Assembly: GCA_964013405.1 (NCBI GenBank)
Contig: CAXGWI010000018.1
Span: 1-41,087, forward strand
Reading direction: 5' to 3'
Length of the DNA stretch: 41,087 nt
Source of the DNA: an uncultured Myxococcales bacterium
GTDB lineage: Bacteria; Myxococcota; UBA4151
Shown one piece after another: positions 10,101 through 18,714 of this stretch (position 1 is the first letter of the stretch; every line of letters starts with the position of its first letter). Below the pieces are notes generated by a model that saw only the letters and a list, made by a program, of their open reading frames with translations, was not told the DNA's origin and searched no databases. The translations under genes and the position numbers were made by a program.

Positions 10101-10693
10101 GTCTCGATAAAGCGAAACCACTGGTTCAGCAGGCGATGGATGTTTTCCAGGAGTTGGGCTTGGTGCGCGGGATGGCCCAAGCGGGCAATTGTGTCGCCGA
10201 GTTGGCTCGCAAGCAGGGCCGGACTGATGAAGCCATGGAGTGGTACTCGAAGGCGATCGACCGCTTTGGTCAGCTGGGTGGTTCCTTTGTCAATACAGCC
10301 CGTTTGAATCTGGCACTCACCCACATCGATGCTGCGAACTATAAGGAGGCCCGGCGACTGCTTGAGGTCTGCGCCGCCTTCTTCTCACAAAACGGCCAGA
10401 AGCAGTGGGAAGCCTCGGCCCGGTGCGTGATTCTGCCGACTCTTGCTCAGGCAAACCTCTGGAAAGAGTTCGACGGGCAACTCAGGGTCGCTGAGCGTTT
10501 GTTGCGGGAGACCATGTTTCGTCAAGCCGACCTGGCGAAGGCGCTCGCGCTGGCTGGTCAGATCTGCCTCGATATGGGCCGCAGGGAACGGGCCAAGCAT
10601 GTCTGTCAACTCGGTCTCCAGATGTACGAAGATATGAAGGACGCAAAGGAGGCCGAGCGGATTCGTAAGATGCTGGAGCAGTTCGCCTCATGA
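7109..10693 (+). CDS. Winged-HTH + Hanks-type Ser/Thr kinase + STAND (AAA_16-like) NTPase + TPR protein
   Basis: Start at the TGATG overlap with trmL. Kinase motifs IVAK, HRDIKPEN, DFG, YLPPE, DLYSLG. NTPase motifs LVGRE, GGAGTGKG, ILWVDG, GNPLF, FAH. C-terminal helical TPR-like repeats. Confidence 0.9.
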   Translation: MVQMLGQDLPVPVIKLVLRAHEALVTGETWPLRTLSRQMDVTDQKTSEILRLMRRDLGAPVVFQGGDAQGYRYQKGKIFDLPFFRVQLGPFLLLKPLTQGSSGPVWMGVHEATERLIVAKFLDTEESRRVMQFNAEVRALCRFEHPHVLRVHDRGELDEEAAETSGGRLRVGMPWVVTDYCAGGHLRERDWTKWHTLRDQLLQVLDGLAHVHSRGVLHRDIKPENVLDMSVDDGNTDLRLSDFGLATALGEGGSGPLNTLGSPGYLPPEVCAQRFDKLSAASDLYSLGCMAWEMATGALPYNTDQPVENLFEDHLKRPLPPFRPQRKLHSGFGSWIQMLLQKEPRDRFRSAAEARLALLEVDRTRRAGAVNHGRPVIPHAPADKDKPPPQPLAGAGLGLYGLRDMPLVGREAAQQALWYALYQTTTGGRPRVLCLEGGAGTGKGRLVQWLAEQASYLGVGQMLRVQHDAQKGPSHGLGPMLSRTFGLGGLPPEQAASRMDEALLTLGIIHPEFRRGLVNLITPGAPSLKQAERHDLVVRVLLELARQQPVILWVDGAEWAADSLAFARQLSGLMDLPNFPVLVLVTYRPRALATQAEELKLVTSLQEHPLCETLTLEPLGPNVLRQYAHSLLPLTEKVAEQLAKRSSGNPLFMEQLLRHWIQSNLLVAQGSVYSLAPGAKPEVPESIQTLWVTRVESLVAGQPNGKEAFRALLIAACLGEQVDSVELSTACQADGFELPLWVEEAMVARGLAEPREGGWAFAHALLQECLSRHADEEGEGQALHRACAQMIRGLEEKRPGHAARLGRHLLLAGDTFDALPPLLEGMREALHRQDTDALADCIELRGAALKAAGVPPSHQPHGENLMAKAWYHILCSEWQEAERLAFEGLRGVESFGWAGIAPECEQVLGKALFEQADYGGAMVHYQAAVQGFREMGDSYSEAVTTIKFGQVHAAQGEFQGGAALFRQAVRVLGTDRRSTRWRAEAYMMLGSVALATNRLDKAKPLVQQAMDVFQELGLVRGMAQAGNCVAELARKQGRTDEAMEWYSKAIDRFGQLGGSFVNTARLNLALTHIDAANYKEARRLLEVCAAFFSQNGQKQWEASARCVILPTLAQANLWKEFDGQLRVAERLLRETMFRQADLAKALALAGQICLDMGRRERAKHVCQLGLQMYEDMKDAKEAERIRKMLEQFAS

Positions 10694-13600
10694 GCGGTCT
10701 GCAACTGGGGGGCTTTCAACTCATCGAGCCCATGGGGCCGGGGCTTTTCAAGGCCGTTCATGGGGACCTCCAGGTGCCGGCGATGGTGCGGCTGGCTCAG
10801 CCGTCGCAAGGGCTACCCACCGAGCGACTCCTCAAAGCCCAGTTCGCTCAGATTCGCACGCTGGCCTTTCTCCACCATCCCGGTGTCCTTTACCCCCTGG
10901 CCTTGGGCACGGTGAGCCAAGAGGACGCCGACCGGGCCGGCGGATTACTGAAAGTGGGGATGGTCTGGAGTCTGTTCGAGCGGTGTTCCGGGGGGGCTGT
11001 ACCGGCCCGTGCAACGACGGGCTGGCCTCAACTGCGGGACCTTTGCCTCGATCTGCTCGACGTCCTCGCCCTGGCCCATTCTCGCGAGGTCATCCACGGC
11101 AATCTCCATCCCGGTAACGTTTGGCAGGCGGTTTCGAAGGACCCCCGGCCTGGTTACAAGATCAGTGATTTTCTGCTGGGCCAAGCCCAGGATCTGCACG
11201 ATCATCGCGGGCTGCCCCCGGGAAGCCATGCCTGCTATCTTGCGCCGGAGGTCTGTGAAGCCCGTTGGCGAGATGTGGGTCCTTCCGCTGACCTTTACAG
11301 TTTGGGGTGCTTGGCCTGGACCTTAGCCACGGGCAAGGAACTCTACCGAGAATACCAAGATGGTCCTTCCATTCGGCGAGCTCAAGTCGAGACCCCTTTG
11401 CCTGGCTTTACGTCGGTCGTGGCGACGCCACCAGGCTTTGGCGGCTGGATCAGTCTGATGCTGCGCAAAGACCCGGCCGAACGTTTTGGTCAAGCAGCCG
11501 ATGCACGCAATGCTTTACTCCAGTTGGACAAGACGCGGGTGCGGGGAAGCGTGGTTCGGTCCGTCGCACCAATGCCCCCCAACTGCGGCGAACCGGAAGG
11601 GGTGGAGCACCCGGAGTTGCTCTCAGCCGGGCTGGCCCTTCATGGGCTGCGCGAAGTGCCGCTGGTCGACCGGGATCGGCAACGGGAGGAGATCTGGGAT
11701 GCCCTCGTCCGCGTTCGCCGAACTGCCCGTGCGGAGGCTATTCTGATCCACGGTCCGGCCGGACACGGCAAAAGCCGACTGACCGAGTGGATGGTTCGCC
11801 GGGCCTGGCAGCGGGGCGCGGCCGACGTGATCAAAGCGGTTCATGATACGGGGGTCGGGCCTTCTGTGGGACTCAGCCCGATGGTGGCTCGGCACTATCG
11901 AGTCTTGGGCCTTGATCGGGCAGGGGTGAAGGAGCGCTTGCGCCAACGGCTCGTTCAGGAGGGCGTGACCGATGCCTATGAATGGGAGGCCCTCACTGAG
12001 TTGGTTTACCCGAGCCCGAAGGGGCAGGAAACGGTCCGTTTCGAACAAACCAGTGAGCGATATTCCCTCATCCGTCGGGTCTTGGAGCGAGCTGCTCGGC
12101 AACGCCCGGTCATCCTGTGGGTTGAGGATGTACCCTGGGGTCGGGATGCTTTGGAGTTTATCGCAGACCTCCTCGATGGCCAGCGTTTGGCTAGCTTTCC
12201 CTTGCTCATCGTGATGACGGCTCGAGATGAAGCGTTGCCGCAACAGCCCCAGGAAGCGTTACTCCTTAAAGAACTATTGCAGCGCCCGGATTGTCGGCGG
12301 ATCACGGTCGGCACCCTGGAGGCGGCTGATCAGAGGAAGCTGATTTCGGAGGCCTTGGCTGTCCAGGGTGAGGTCGTCGACCGAATTGAAGAGCGGACCC
12401 ATGGTCACCCTCTCTTTGCGGTCCAGATCGTCGGTGACTGGATCGAACGCAAAGTGCTCGTGCCGACTCGGGAGGGGTTTGAGGTCTCCGGTCAACTCGA
12501 CGCGACACTTCCCAGCGATATTCATGGCGTTTGGATGCAGCGGGTAGAGAAACTGCTCGCAGTCGTACCGGCCGAGGCTCGTTCGGGAGCACTCGGTAGC
12601 CTGCACCAGGCCGCCGCACTGGGTATCGAAGTCGATGATCAAGAGTGGGCCGAGTCGTGCCAGCGGGCCGGCATCGAGCGTCCACCGGGCTTACTCGAAG
12701 GCCTGATGGGTCAGGGGCTTGCATTGCGCCGCCAGGGTGGCTGGGCCTTTGCCCACGGGATGTTTCGAGAGAGCCTGGAAGCCCAGAGTCGCGAGATGGG
12801 AACATGGTTTGACCGCCATCGAGCCTGCGCCGCAATGCTGCAACCCCGTCAGGCTCGAGTTCCGGGCTTGGCCGTTCGAGTCGCCCACCATCTCGAGCAG
12901 GCGCAGGAATTGGCATCAGCCCTGGCGCCGCTTTCTCAGGCGGTCGAGGAGCTCTGGAAGGGGGGCAGTGTGACGGGGGCCCGGCTTCCACTCGAGCGCC
13001 GACGGGCCCTCCTGGAGCAACTTGGGCGGCCTCACGGTGACATCGCTTGGGGGGAGCAGAGTTATCTACAGATTCAGCAGGACCAATACGAAGGGCGCTA
13101 TGACAGTGCGCTTAAATGGTCTGCGTTTGCCATGCAGGGCGTACAAAAATACGGCTGGAAGAAACTGCTCCCGGCCATCCTGCGGGAAACGAGCGTCGTG
13201 CATTACAAAAAGGGCGACATGGCGAACGCGACGCGCTTCATTCGGCATGCCCGAGCCCATGCGACCCAATTAGGCGATGCCCGGTTGACGGCCGAGTGCA
13301 CCGATAAATTGGGGATGATGCTGCGAATCACCGGGGATCTTGATCTGGCAGATCAGTGTTTCCAGGCTGCTTCGACCTTGTATCGACGCTTGGGCGATTA
13401 CCGCCCCTCTGATGAAGGGGCAGCCGTGGTGGGGCGGGCCCTTGTTGCCCAGCAGCGTGGGGATACGGACTCGGCGGAGCGGTGGTTTCGGCGCGGCATC
13501 GAAGTGATGAAGGGCAGTGGCCATCAGCGGGGGCTGGCAACGTCGGTGAACGGTCTGGCTGAAGTCGCCCGCCTGAAAGGTGATTATGCCCGGGCAGAGG

Positions 13601-14058
13601 GCCTCTATCGCCAGGTCTTGGGGATCCACCAGGCTCTTGGTTCGAACATTGCGTCCGTGGTCCAACTCAATCTCGCGCTCGTTCAACTCCAGCAGCGCCA
13701 GTTCCATCATGCTCAGGCGAGTCTTGAGCCCTTGATCCGCATCTTCGAGGATTCGGGCAGCAAGGCCTGGCTCGGCTGCGTCCATGTCTTTTTACTGCCC
13801 TGCTTTGCGGACCGTCGGGATTGGGACACCTGGGATCACCACTTTAGCGTTGGCTTCAACATGATCACTGCGTCGGGCATGGCGGACGGAGATCTCGCGT
13901 GGCCCTTAGTGATGGCCGGGGAGATTCTCGTCGAGCGCGGGATGGAAGGCCGGGCCCGCCAGGCCTTCGAGTTCGCCCGTGCGCAGTACGAGGCCCTCGG
14001 GCGCTCGGAACAGGTTGCCGAGTTGGATGCGACCCTCGACCTGTTGCCAAAGGCCTAA
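10690..14058 (+). CDS. Pseudokinase + STAND (AAA_16-like) NTPase + TPR protein, paralog of the upstream gene
   Basis: Collinear with the upstream protein. Kinase motifs degenerate (AMVR, HGNLHPGN, DFL) while YLAPE and DLYSLG are kept. Walker A GPAGHGKS, Walker B ILWVED, GHPLF, FAH, TPR-like repeats. ATGA overlap. Confidence 0.9.
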   Translation: MSGLQLGGFQLIEPMGPGLFKAVHGDLQVPAMVRLAQPSQGLPTERLLKAQFAQIRTLAFLHHPGVLYPLALGTVSQEDADRAGGLLKVGMVWSLFERCSGGAVPARATTGWPQLRDLCLDLLDVLALAHSREVIHGNLHPGNVWQAVSKDPRPGYKISDFLLGQAQDLHDHRGLPPGSHACYLAPEVCEARWRDVGPSADLYSLGCLAWTLATGKELYREYQDGPSIRRAQVETPLPGFTSVVATPPGFGGWISLMLRKDPAERFGQAADARNALLQLDKTRVRGSVVRSVAPMPPNCGEPEGVEHPELLSAGLALHGLREVPLVDRDRQREEIWDALVRVRRTARAEAILIHGPAGHGKSRLTEWMVRRAWQRGAADVIKAVHDTGVGPSVGLSPMVARHYRVLGLDRAGVKERLRQRLVQEGVTDAYEWEALTELVYPSPKGQETVRFEQTSERYSLIRRVLERAARQRPVILWVEDVPWGRDALEFIADLLDGQRLASFPLLIVMTARDEALPQQPQEALLLKELLQRPDCRRITVGTLEAADQRKLISEALAVQGEVVDRIEERTHGHPLFAVQIVGDWIERKVLVPTREGFEVSGQLDATLPSDIHGVWMQRVEKLLAVVPAEARSGALGSLHQAAALGIEVDDQEWAESCQRAGIERPPGLLEGLMGQGLALRRQGGWAFAHGMFRESLEAQSREMGTWFDRHRACAAMLQPRQARVPGLAVRVAHHLEQAQELASALAPLSQAVEELWKGGSVTGARLPLERRRALLEQLGRPHGDIAWGEQSYLQIQQDQYEGRYDSALKWSAFAMQGVQKYGWKKLLPAILRETSVVHYKKGDMANATRFIRHARAHATQLGDARLTAECTDKLGMMLRITGDLDLADQCFQAASTLYRRLGDYRPSDEGAAVVGRALVAQQRGDTDSAERWFRRGIEVMKGSGHQRGLATSVNGLAEVARLKGDYARAEGLYRQVLGIHQALGSNIASVVQLNLALVQLQQRQFHHAQASLEPLIRIFEDSGSKAWLGCVHVFLLPCFADRRDWDTWDHHFSVGFNMITASGMADGDLAWPLVMAGEILVERGMEGRARQAFEFARAQYEALGRSEQVAELDATLDLLPKA

Positions 14059-14061
14059 GCC

Positions 14062-14421
14062 TTGGCCCCCACCGTCCATTTAATCCACAACGGGAAGAAG
14101 CTGCCTCTTCAGTTACAGGTCGCCCGGACCTTCCTTTCTCGCTCCTGGGGATGGCTTGGGCGTCGCCGTTTGGCGCCAAACGAAGCCCTCTGGATCGAGC
14201 CTTGCTCCCGAGTTCACAGTTTTTTTATGGGGATTCCGATCGCAGTCGTCATGCTCGACCGGGAGGGCCAAGTGCTTTCTATTCGAGACCCATTGAACCC
14301 TTGGCATCTTGGCCCAAGGGGTGTCTTTGGCGGTGCGGCATTGGAACTCGCGCCGGGGGCCGTGGCCCGCTTTGGAATTGGGCCCGGAGATCGGTTGACC
14401 CTCAAAGCATCGAGTCGTTAG
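14062..14421 (+). CDS. DUF192 family protein
   Basis: VARTFLSRSWGWLGR, IEPCSRVHSFFMGIPIAVVMLD, ALELAPG, IGPGDRL match the DUF192 pattern; TTG start uncertain. Confidence 0.85.
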   Translation: MAPTVHLIHNGKKLPLQLQVARTFLSRSWGWLGRRRLAPNEALWIEPCSRVHSFFMGIPIAVVMLDREGQVLSIRDPLNPWHLGPRGVFGGAALELAPGAVARFGIGPGDRLTLKASSR

Positions 14422-14452
14422 AGAACCTTTGCCTGATGAAGGACTCACGAAG

Positions 14453-15289
14453 ATGAGATTTACCGTCTTCGGCCGCACCGATGTCGGTCGTAAGCGAAAC
14501 CACAATGAGGATGCCTTTGCCATCTACGAGGATGACTCTTTGTTCGTGCTCGCAGACGGCATGGGCGGACACGCCAGCGGTGAGGTCGCCAGTGCGATGG
14601 CCGTGGAAAGCCTCGGTACATTTTTCAGAGAGACCGCCGAGGACCAAGAAAAGACCTGGCCCTTTAAGGGCTCGAAGAAACTCAACTACGAGGCGGGGCG
14701 CCTTGAGGTCGCGGTCAAACTGGCCAATCAATGTATTTTCGAGACTGCGAAGGCCAAGAAGAGCTGCGAGAACATGGGGACGACCCTCGTTGCAACCTAC
14801 ATGGATGCCCATGGTTCATACATAGCCCACGTTGGCGATAGCCGGGGGTATCGACTGCGCGATGGCAAGTTGGAACAACTGACCCGGGATCATAGTCTGC
14901 TCAACGATTACCTGAAAACCAACCGCCTGACCCCTGAGGAGATCGAGGCATTCCCCCACAAGAATGTGATCGTTCGTGCCCTCGGCATGCGGGCCAATGT
15001 CGAAGTCGATATCGCGCCCATTGAGCCTCGAGTCGGTGACTTTTATGTACTGTGCTCCGACGGTCTCTCCGGGATGATTACCGACGACGAGATCGCAGAG
15101 GTGATGCAGCAAGGCCGGACCGATTTGGAGTTGTGTTCTCAATCCTTGATCGATGAGGCCAACGAGAATGGGGGCCACGACAACGTCACCGTGGTTTTGA
15201 TTCGGGTTGACCCCGATGAACCAACCGAGATCTTGCACCCCGATGATACCCAGGACACCGGGGCGACGGTCGTCGACGAAGACGAATAG
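14453..15289 (+). CDS. PP2C/PPM-family Ser/Thr protein phosphatase (Stp1/PrpC type)
   Basis: TDVGRKRNHNED, LADGMGGH..GEVAS, MGTT, HVGDSR, DHS, CSDGL, GGHDNVT. AAGGA SD before the ATG at 14453. Confidence 0.96.
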   Translation: MRFTVFGRTDVGRKRNHNEDAFAIYEDDSLFVLADGMGGHASGEVASAMAVESLGTFFRETAEDQEKTWPFKGSKKLNYEAGRLEVAVKLANQCIFETAKAKKSCENMGTTLVATYMDAHGSYIAHVGDSRGYRLRDGKLEQLTRDHSLLNDYLKTNRLTPEEIEAFPHKNVIVRALGMRANVEVDIAPIEPRVGDFYVLCSDGLSGMITDDEIAEVMQQGRTDLELCSQSLIDEANENGGHDNVTVVLIRVDPDEPTEILHPDDTQDTGATVVDEDE

Positions 15290-15307
15290 CGTAAGCGTCG
15301 AAGCGCC

Positions 15308-16990
15308 CTATTCGGAGCGCCACCAACTCCTGAGCACTTTAAAGAGTACGAAGGCGCCGACCACCATTCCAAAGCCGCCGATGGCGAGGCCGAAACCAGT
15401 GAGAATCCAGGAGTCACTGGCCGCCATGAGGATGGCCGCAGCGACGGCGATCCCGGCGATCATAATGCCACCGGAAAGCCGATTGGCACTGTTGTCTAAG
15501 CTTTGGGATAATTGCTCGAGATGTTTGATCTGCACCTCGTGCCGCATGGCCCCGTCCCCGAGCCGTTTCAAGAGGTCGAGGAGTAGCGTGGGTCCATCCC
15601 GTGTCAGGTTGTAGAGGTCGAGCGACGTGCCCAGAAACTCCTTTTGCAAGCGATTGGGGTCGAAGCGTTGGGCCATGAGGGTCTCGATATAGGCCCGGGC
15701 CACGCCGCTGACATCGAAATCGGGATCGAGTGTTCGACCCATGGATTCGAGGGTCAGCAGGGCTTTGAAGAGAAGCAGGAGTTCCTGAGGCAACATGATC
15801 CCGGAGGCAGCCCCCGCCTTGCTGCCTTCCAAAAGGAGTTCACCGACCTGAATTTCACCGAGTGGTCGATTGCGTGAGGGTTCCCAAACAGCGCTTAGGG
15901 CCGAAGCAAAAGCGTCAAGATCTGGCGGGATGTCGGGGTCGATCCGCTCACCGAGCTCTGCATAAAGACGGGCGGATCGCCGGTAATCGCCGTTCACAAG
16001 GGTGAGTAACAGATCAGCCACGGTTTCACGGGTCCTGGGATCCAGATGGCCTACGATGCCAAAGTCGATGAGTCCGATCTTGCCTTCATCGAAAATGAAC
16101 AGGTTGCCGGCATGAAGATCCCCATGGAAGACGCCGTGGTTGAACACCATATCGAGGATACATCCGGCACCGCGTCGGGCCACCTCACTTAAGTCACAAG
16201 GAAGGGTATGAATCGCGTCTGTATCGGAAAGCGGCGTTCCCTTCAGTCGGTCCATCGTGAGGACCGATTCGCAGGAAAGGCCTTCGTAGACCGTGGGGAT
16301 GATCAGGAAATCCTGCTGGTCTTCAAAGTTCTTAGCGATGGTCTTGAGGGACATCATCTCTTCGCGGAAGTCCAACTCCTTGCGGATGGTTTTGAAAAAC
16401 TCATCCACGAGTCCTTTGGGGTTGAGGGCCCGACTCTCTGGGATATAATTCACCAGACCGTCAGCGAGTAGGGACACGACTCGAAGATCTTGGTCGACGA
16501 TCCGGCGGATACCGGGCCGGCGGATCTTGACCACGACGTCGATCAGTTGCCCCTCGTCGTCAACGATGGTTGCTCCGTGCACCTGGCCGATGGAAGCGGC
16601 AGCGATGGGCTCTTGGTCAAAGGAGTGGAAAAGAGCTTCAGGGGGGCCGCCGAGGGCTTGTTCGATGGCGGCGGAGACTTCTGCATACGGCACCGGTGGC
16701 ACCCGGTCCTGAAGTCGTCGCAGTTCATCGATAAACTCGGCCGGGAGAAGGTCGGGACGCATGGAGAGGGTTTGGCCCAGCTTAACGAAGGCAGGCCCGA
16801 GTTCCTCGAAGGCCATTCGGAGGCGCTCCGCCCTGGCCTTGGTCCCGGGTTCGGCGGTGACGCGGGTCGCCGGTAGGGGCAAGTTGAGCCGGCGGACGAT
16901 ATCGCCATAGCCATGCTTGATGAAGACGCCAGCGACCTTCTTGACTCGTCCTAGGCTCCGGACGGCATTGGTGAAGGTTGCAAAAGACAT
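15308..16990 (-). CDS. ubiB: ABC1/AarF/UbiB family atypical kinase
   Basis: LGPAFVKLGQ, IAAASIGQVH, VVVKIRRP, FHGDLHAGN, IDFG, two C-terminal TM helices. Confidence 0.92.
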   Translation of the reverse strand: MSFATFTNAVRSLGRVKKVAGVFIKHGYGDIVRRLNLPLPATRVTAEPGTKARAERLRMAFEELGPAFVKLGQTLSMRPDLLPAEFIDELRRLQDRVPPVPYAEVSAAIEQALGGPPEALFHSFDQEPIAAASIGQVHGATIVDDEGQLIDVVVKIRRPGIRRIVDQDLRVVSLLADGLVNYIPESRALNPKGLVDEFFKTIRKELDFREEMMSLKTIAKNFEDQQDFLIIPTVYEGLSCESVLTMDRLKGTPLSDTDAIHTLPCDLSEVARRGAGCILDMVFNHGVFHGDLHAGNLFIFDEGKIGLIDFGIVGHLDPRTRETVADLLLTLVNGDYRRSARLYAELGERIDPDIPPDLDAFASALSAVWEPSRNRPLGEIQVGELLLEGSKAGAASGIMLPQELLLLFKALLTLESMGRTLDPDFDVSGVARAYIETLMAQRFDPNRLQKEFLGTSLDLYNLTRDGPTLLLDLLKRLGDGAMRHEVQIKHLEQLSQSLDNSANRLSGGIMIAGIAVAAAILMAASDSWILTGFGLAIGGFGMVVGAFVLFKVLRSWWRSE

Positions 16991-17027
16991 GGGTACTCAC
17001 TCTTCAGGCACGGCGGCCCGCGCGAAG

Positions 17028-17056
17028 ATTATAGGGAGCCTAAGGCCCTGGGGGAA
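17028..17056 (-). promoter_or_regulatory. Possible sigma70 promoter for the ubiB-like gene
   Basis: Minus strand reads TTCCCC-N17-TATAAT (perfect -10 at 17028-17033) in the short intergenic gap. Confidence 0.45.
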
Positions 17057-17060
17057 ATAA

Positions 17061-17522
17061 TTAGCGATCCCCGAATGGGGCATCGTCATCGAGGAGAAAG
17101 CCGATGGAAAACCCCCTGCGGGCCAGGCGTTGCAGGACACGTCGTCTTTTTTTGGCGTCGACGGGCCCGTTCCCGAGCCATTTCAGGTAGAGGGCACGGG
17201 CTGCAGCACGCTCATCATCATCATTGGGCCAGGGGGCTGCGGAGATGGTCTCTTCACCCAGTCCTTCTTGGATCATCCGGGACCGGCAACGCCGGCGACT
17301 CCACCCGCGGTGGCCCCCCGTTCGGATGATCGCAGCAGCACAGCGGGCGTCGCTTTGCAGATCTGAGGCGATCAGTTGATCCAAGACCTCTTCTGAGAGT
17401 GTTGCGTCATAACCTTTCGTCTGTAGTTTGCGGCGCAAGGAGGCCCGGCCGTATTCCCGTCGGCTCAGCAGGCGAATGCACGTGGCGTAGATACGCGACC
17501 TTTCAGAAGCGTTCGATGCCAT
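17061..17522 (-). CDS. recX: Regulatory protein RecX
   Basis: RLLSRREY...LRRKLQTKGY, LQSDARCA, final LARRGF. Start is 17522 or 17528 after an AGGTGG SD-like run, overlapping the pilT 3' end. Confidence 0.8.
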   Translation of the reverse strand: MASNASERSRIYATCIRLLSRREYGRASLRRKLQTKGYDATLSEEVLDQLIASDLQSDARCAAAIIRTGGHRGWSRRRCRSRMIQEGLGEETISAAPWPNDDDERAAARALYLKWLGNGPVDAKKRRRVLQRLARRGFSIGFLLDDDAPFGDR

Positions 17523-18705
17523 CGTCATCGCCACCTGGCCCTCGAGACCGGGAAGCCGGCCCCTCGTTTGGGCTCGGGCTCTTCGCTGGCGTATAGCCTT
17601 GATCTGTACTGCTCCGAACACCATCCATACGCAGTCGCATATCGTCGGGAGAATCGGCGAAGGCCAAGGCCACATCGCGGGTGATCTGTTCGCTGTTCAA
17701 CAGGTTCATAAGGGCCTGATCGAAGGTTTGGGTCCCGAGGGTCACTTGATTCTGTTCCATGGACTCGTGAATCTCATGGGTCCGTTCGGCATCGACGATC
17801 AATTCACGGACTCTCGAGGAGCTGCGCATAATTTCGCAGGCGGCGATTCGGCCCTCGTTGCCTGTGGGGACGAGCCGCTGGGTCACCACCGCGAGTAACA
17901 CGTTGGCAAGTTGACGGCGGGCATTCTCCTGCTGGTGCGGGGGAAAGGCTGAGATGACCCGGCTGACGGTCTCGACTGCAGAGCTCGTATGCAGGGTCGA
18001 GAACACGAGGTGCCCTGTTTCTGCGGCAGTCAGGGCGATCTTGATGGTCTCCAGGTCGCGCATTTCACCGATCAGGATGACATCGGGATCTTGTCGAAGC
18101 GCGCTCCTTAGTGCTTTCGCAAAGCTCTTCGTGTCCATGCCCACTTCCCGTTGCAGGATGGTGGCGGACTTGTCCCGGAACGCGAACTCGACGGGGTCTT
18201 CAATGGTGACGATATTGACCGCGTCGATGGCGTTGACGTGATCAACCATCGCAGCGAGCGTTGTCGACTTGCCACTGCCGGTGGCACCGGTCACGAGGAT
18301 CAGGCCACGTTTGGCCTCGCAAATACTATTGAGCACCTCAGGTAAGCCCAATTCGACGACGCCTCGGACCACTTGGGGGACGATCCGCATGACCATTCCC
18401 ATGGCCCCCCGCTGATGGTGTGCGTTGACGCGGAACCGGGCCATGCCAGGGATTTGGTAGGCGAAGTCGACCTCCCGCTCTTCAAGCAACTCTCGGAAGA
18501 CGGCCTGGCTCGTCATGAGTTCGGCCCACTTTCGAATGAGGTCAGCTGCCAAGGGCTTTTCGCTGCCGAAGCTCACCAATTTGCCATCCATCCGGGCCCG
18601 CGGGGTCGAGCCTGCTTTCAGGTGGACGTCGCTCGCACCCAACTTCACAGCCCTTGCGAGCAGTTTTTCCAGTGCTTCTCGCAGTGCGGAATCGGTGTTC
18701 GGCAT
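17503..18705 (-). CDS. pilT: PilT/PilU-family type IV pilus ATPase (PilT paralog)
   Basis: ASDVHL, RFRVN, Walker A GATGSGKST, TIEDPVE, ALRQDPDVILIGEMRD, AAETGHLVFSTLHT. The AIRNLIRE position reads RVRELIVD. Confidence 0.93.
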   Translation of the reverse strand: MPNTDSALREALEKLLARAVKLGASDVHLKAGSTPRARMDGKLVSFGSEKPLAADLIRKWAELMTSQAVFRELLEEREVDFAYQIPGMARFRVNAHHQRGAMGMVMRIVPQVVRGVVELGLPEVLNSICEAKRGLILVTGATGSGKSTTLAAMVDHVNAIDAVNIVTIEDPVEFAFRDKSATILQREVGMDTKSFAKALRSALRQDPDVILIGEMRDLETIKIALTAAETGHLVFSTLHTSSAVETVSRVISAFPPHQQENARRQLANVLLAVVTQRLVPTGNEGRIAACEIMRSSSRVRELIVDAERTHEIHESMEQNQVTLGTQTFDQALMNLLNSEQITRDVALAFADSPDDMRLRMDGVRSSTDQGYTPAKSPSPNEGPASRSRGPGGDDDGIERF

Positions 18706-18714
18706 TGGGCCTCC

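Noticed and set aside
10690..14058. Second kinase gene as a decaying pseudogene
   Set aside because: Full-length uninterrupted ORF with structural kinase motifs and intact NTPase motifs; the losses are confined to catalytic residues.
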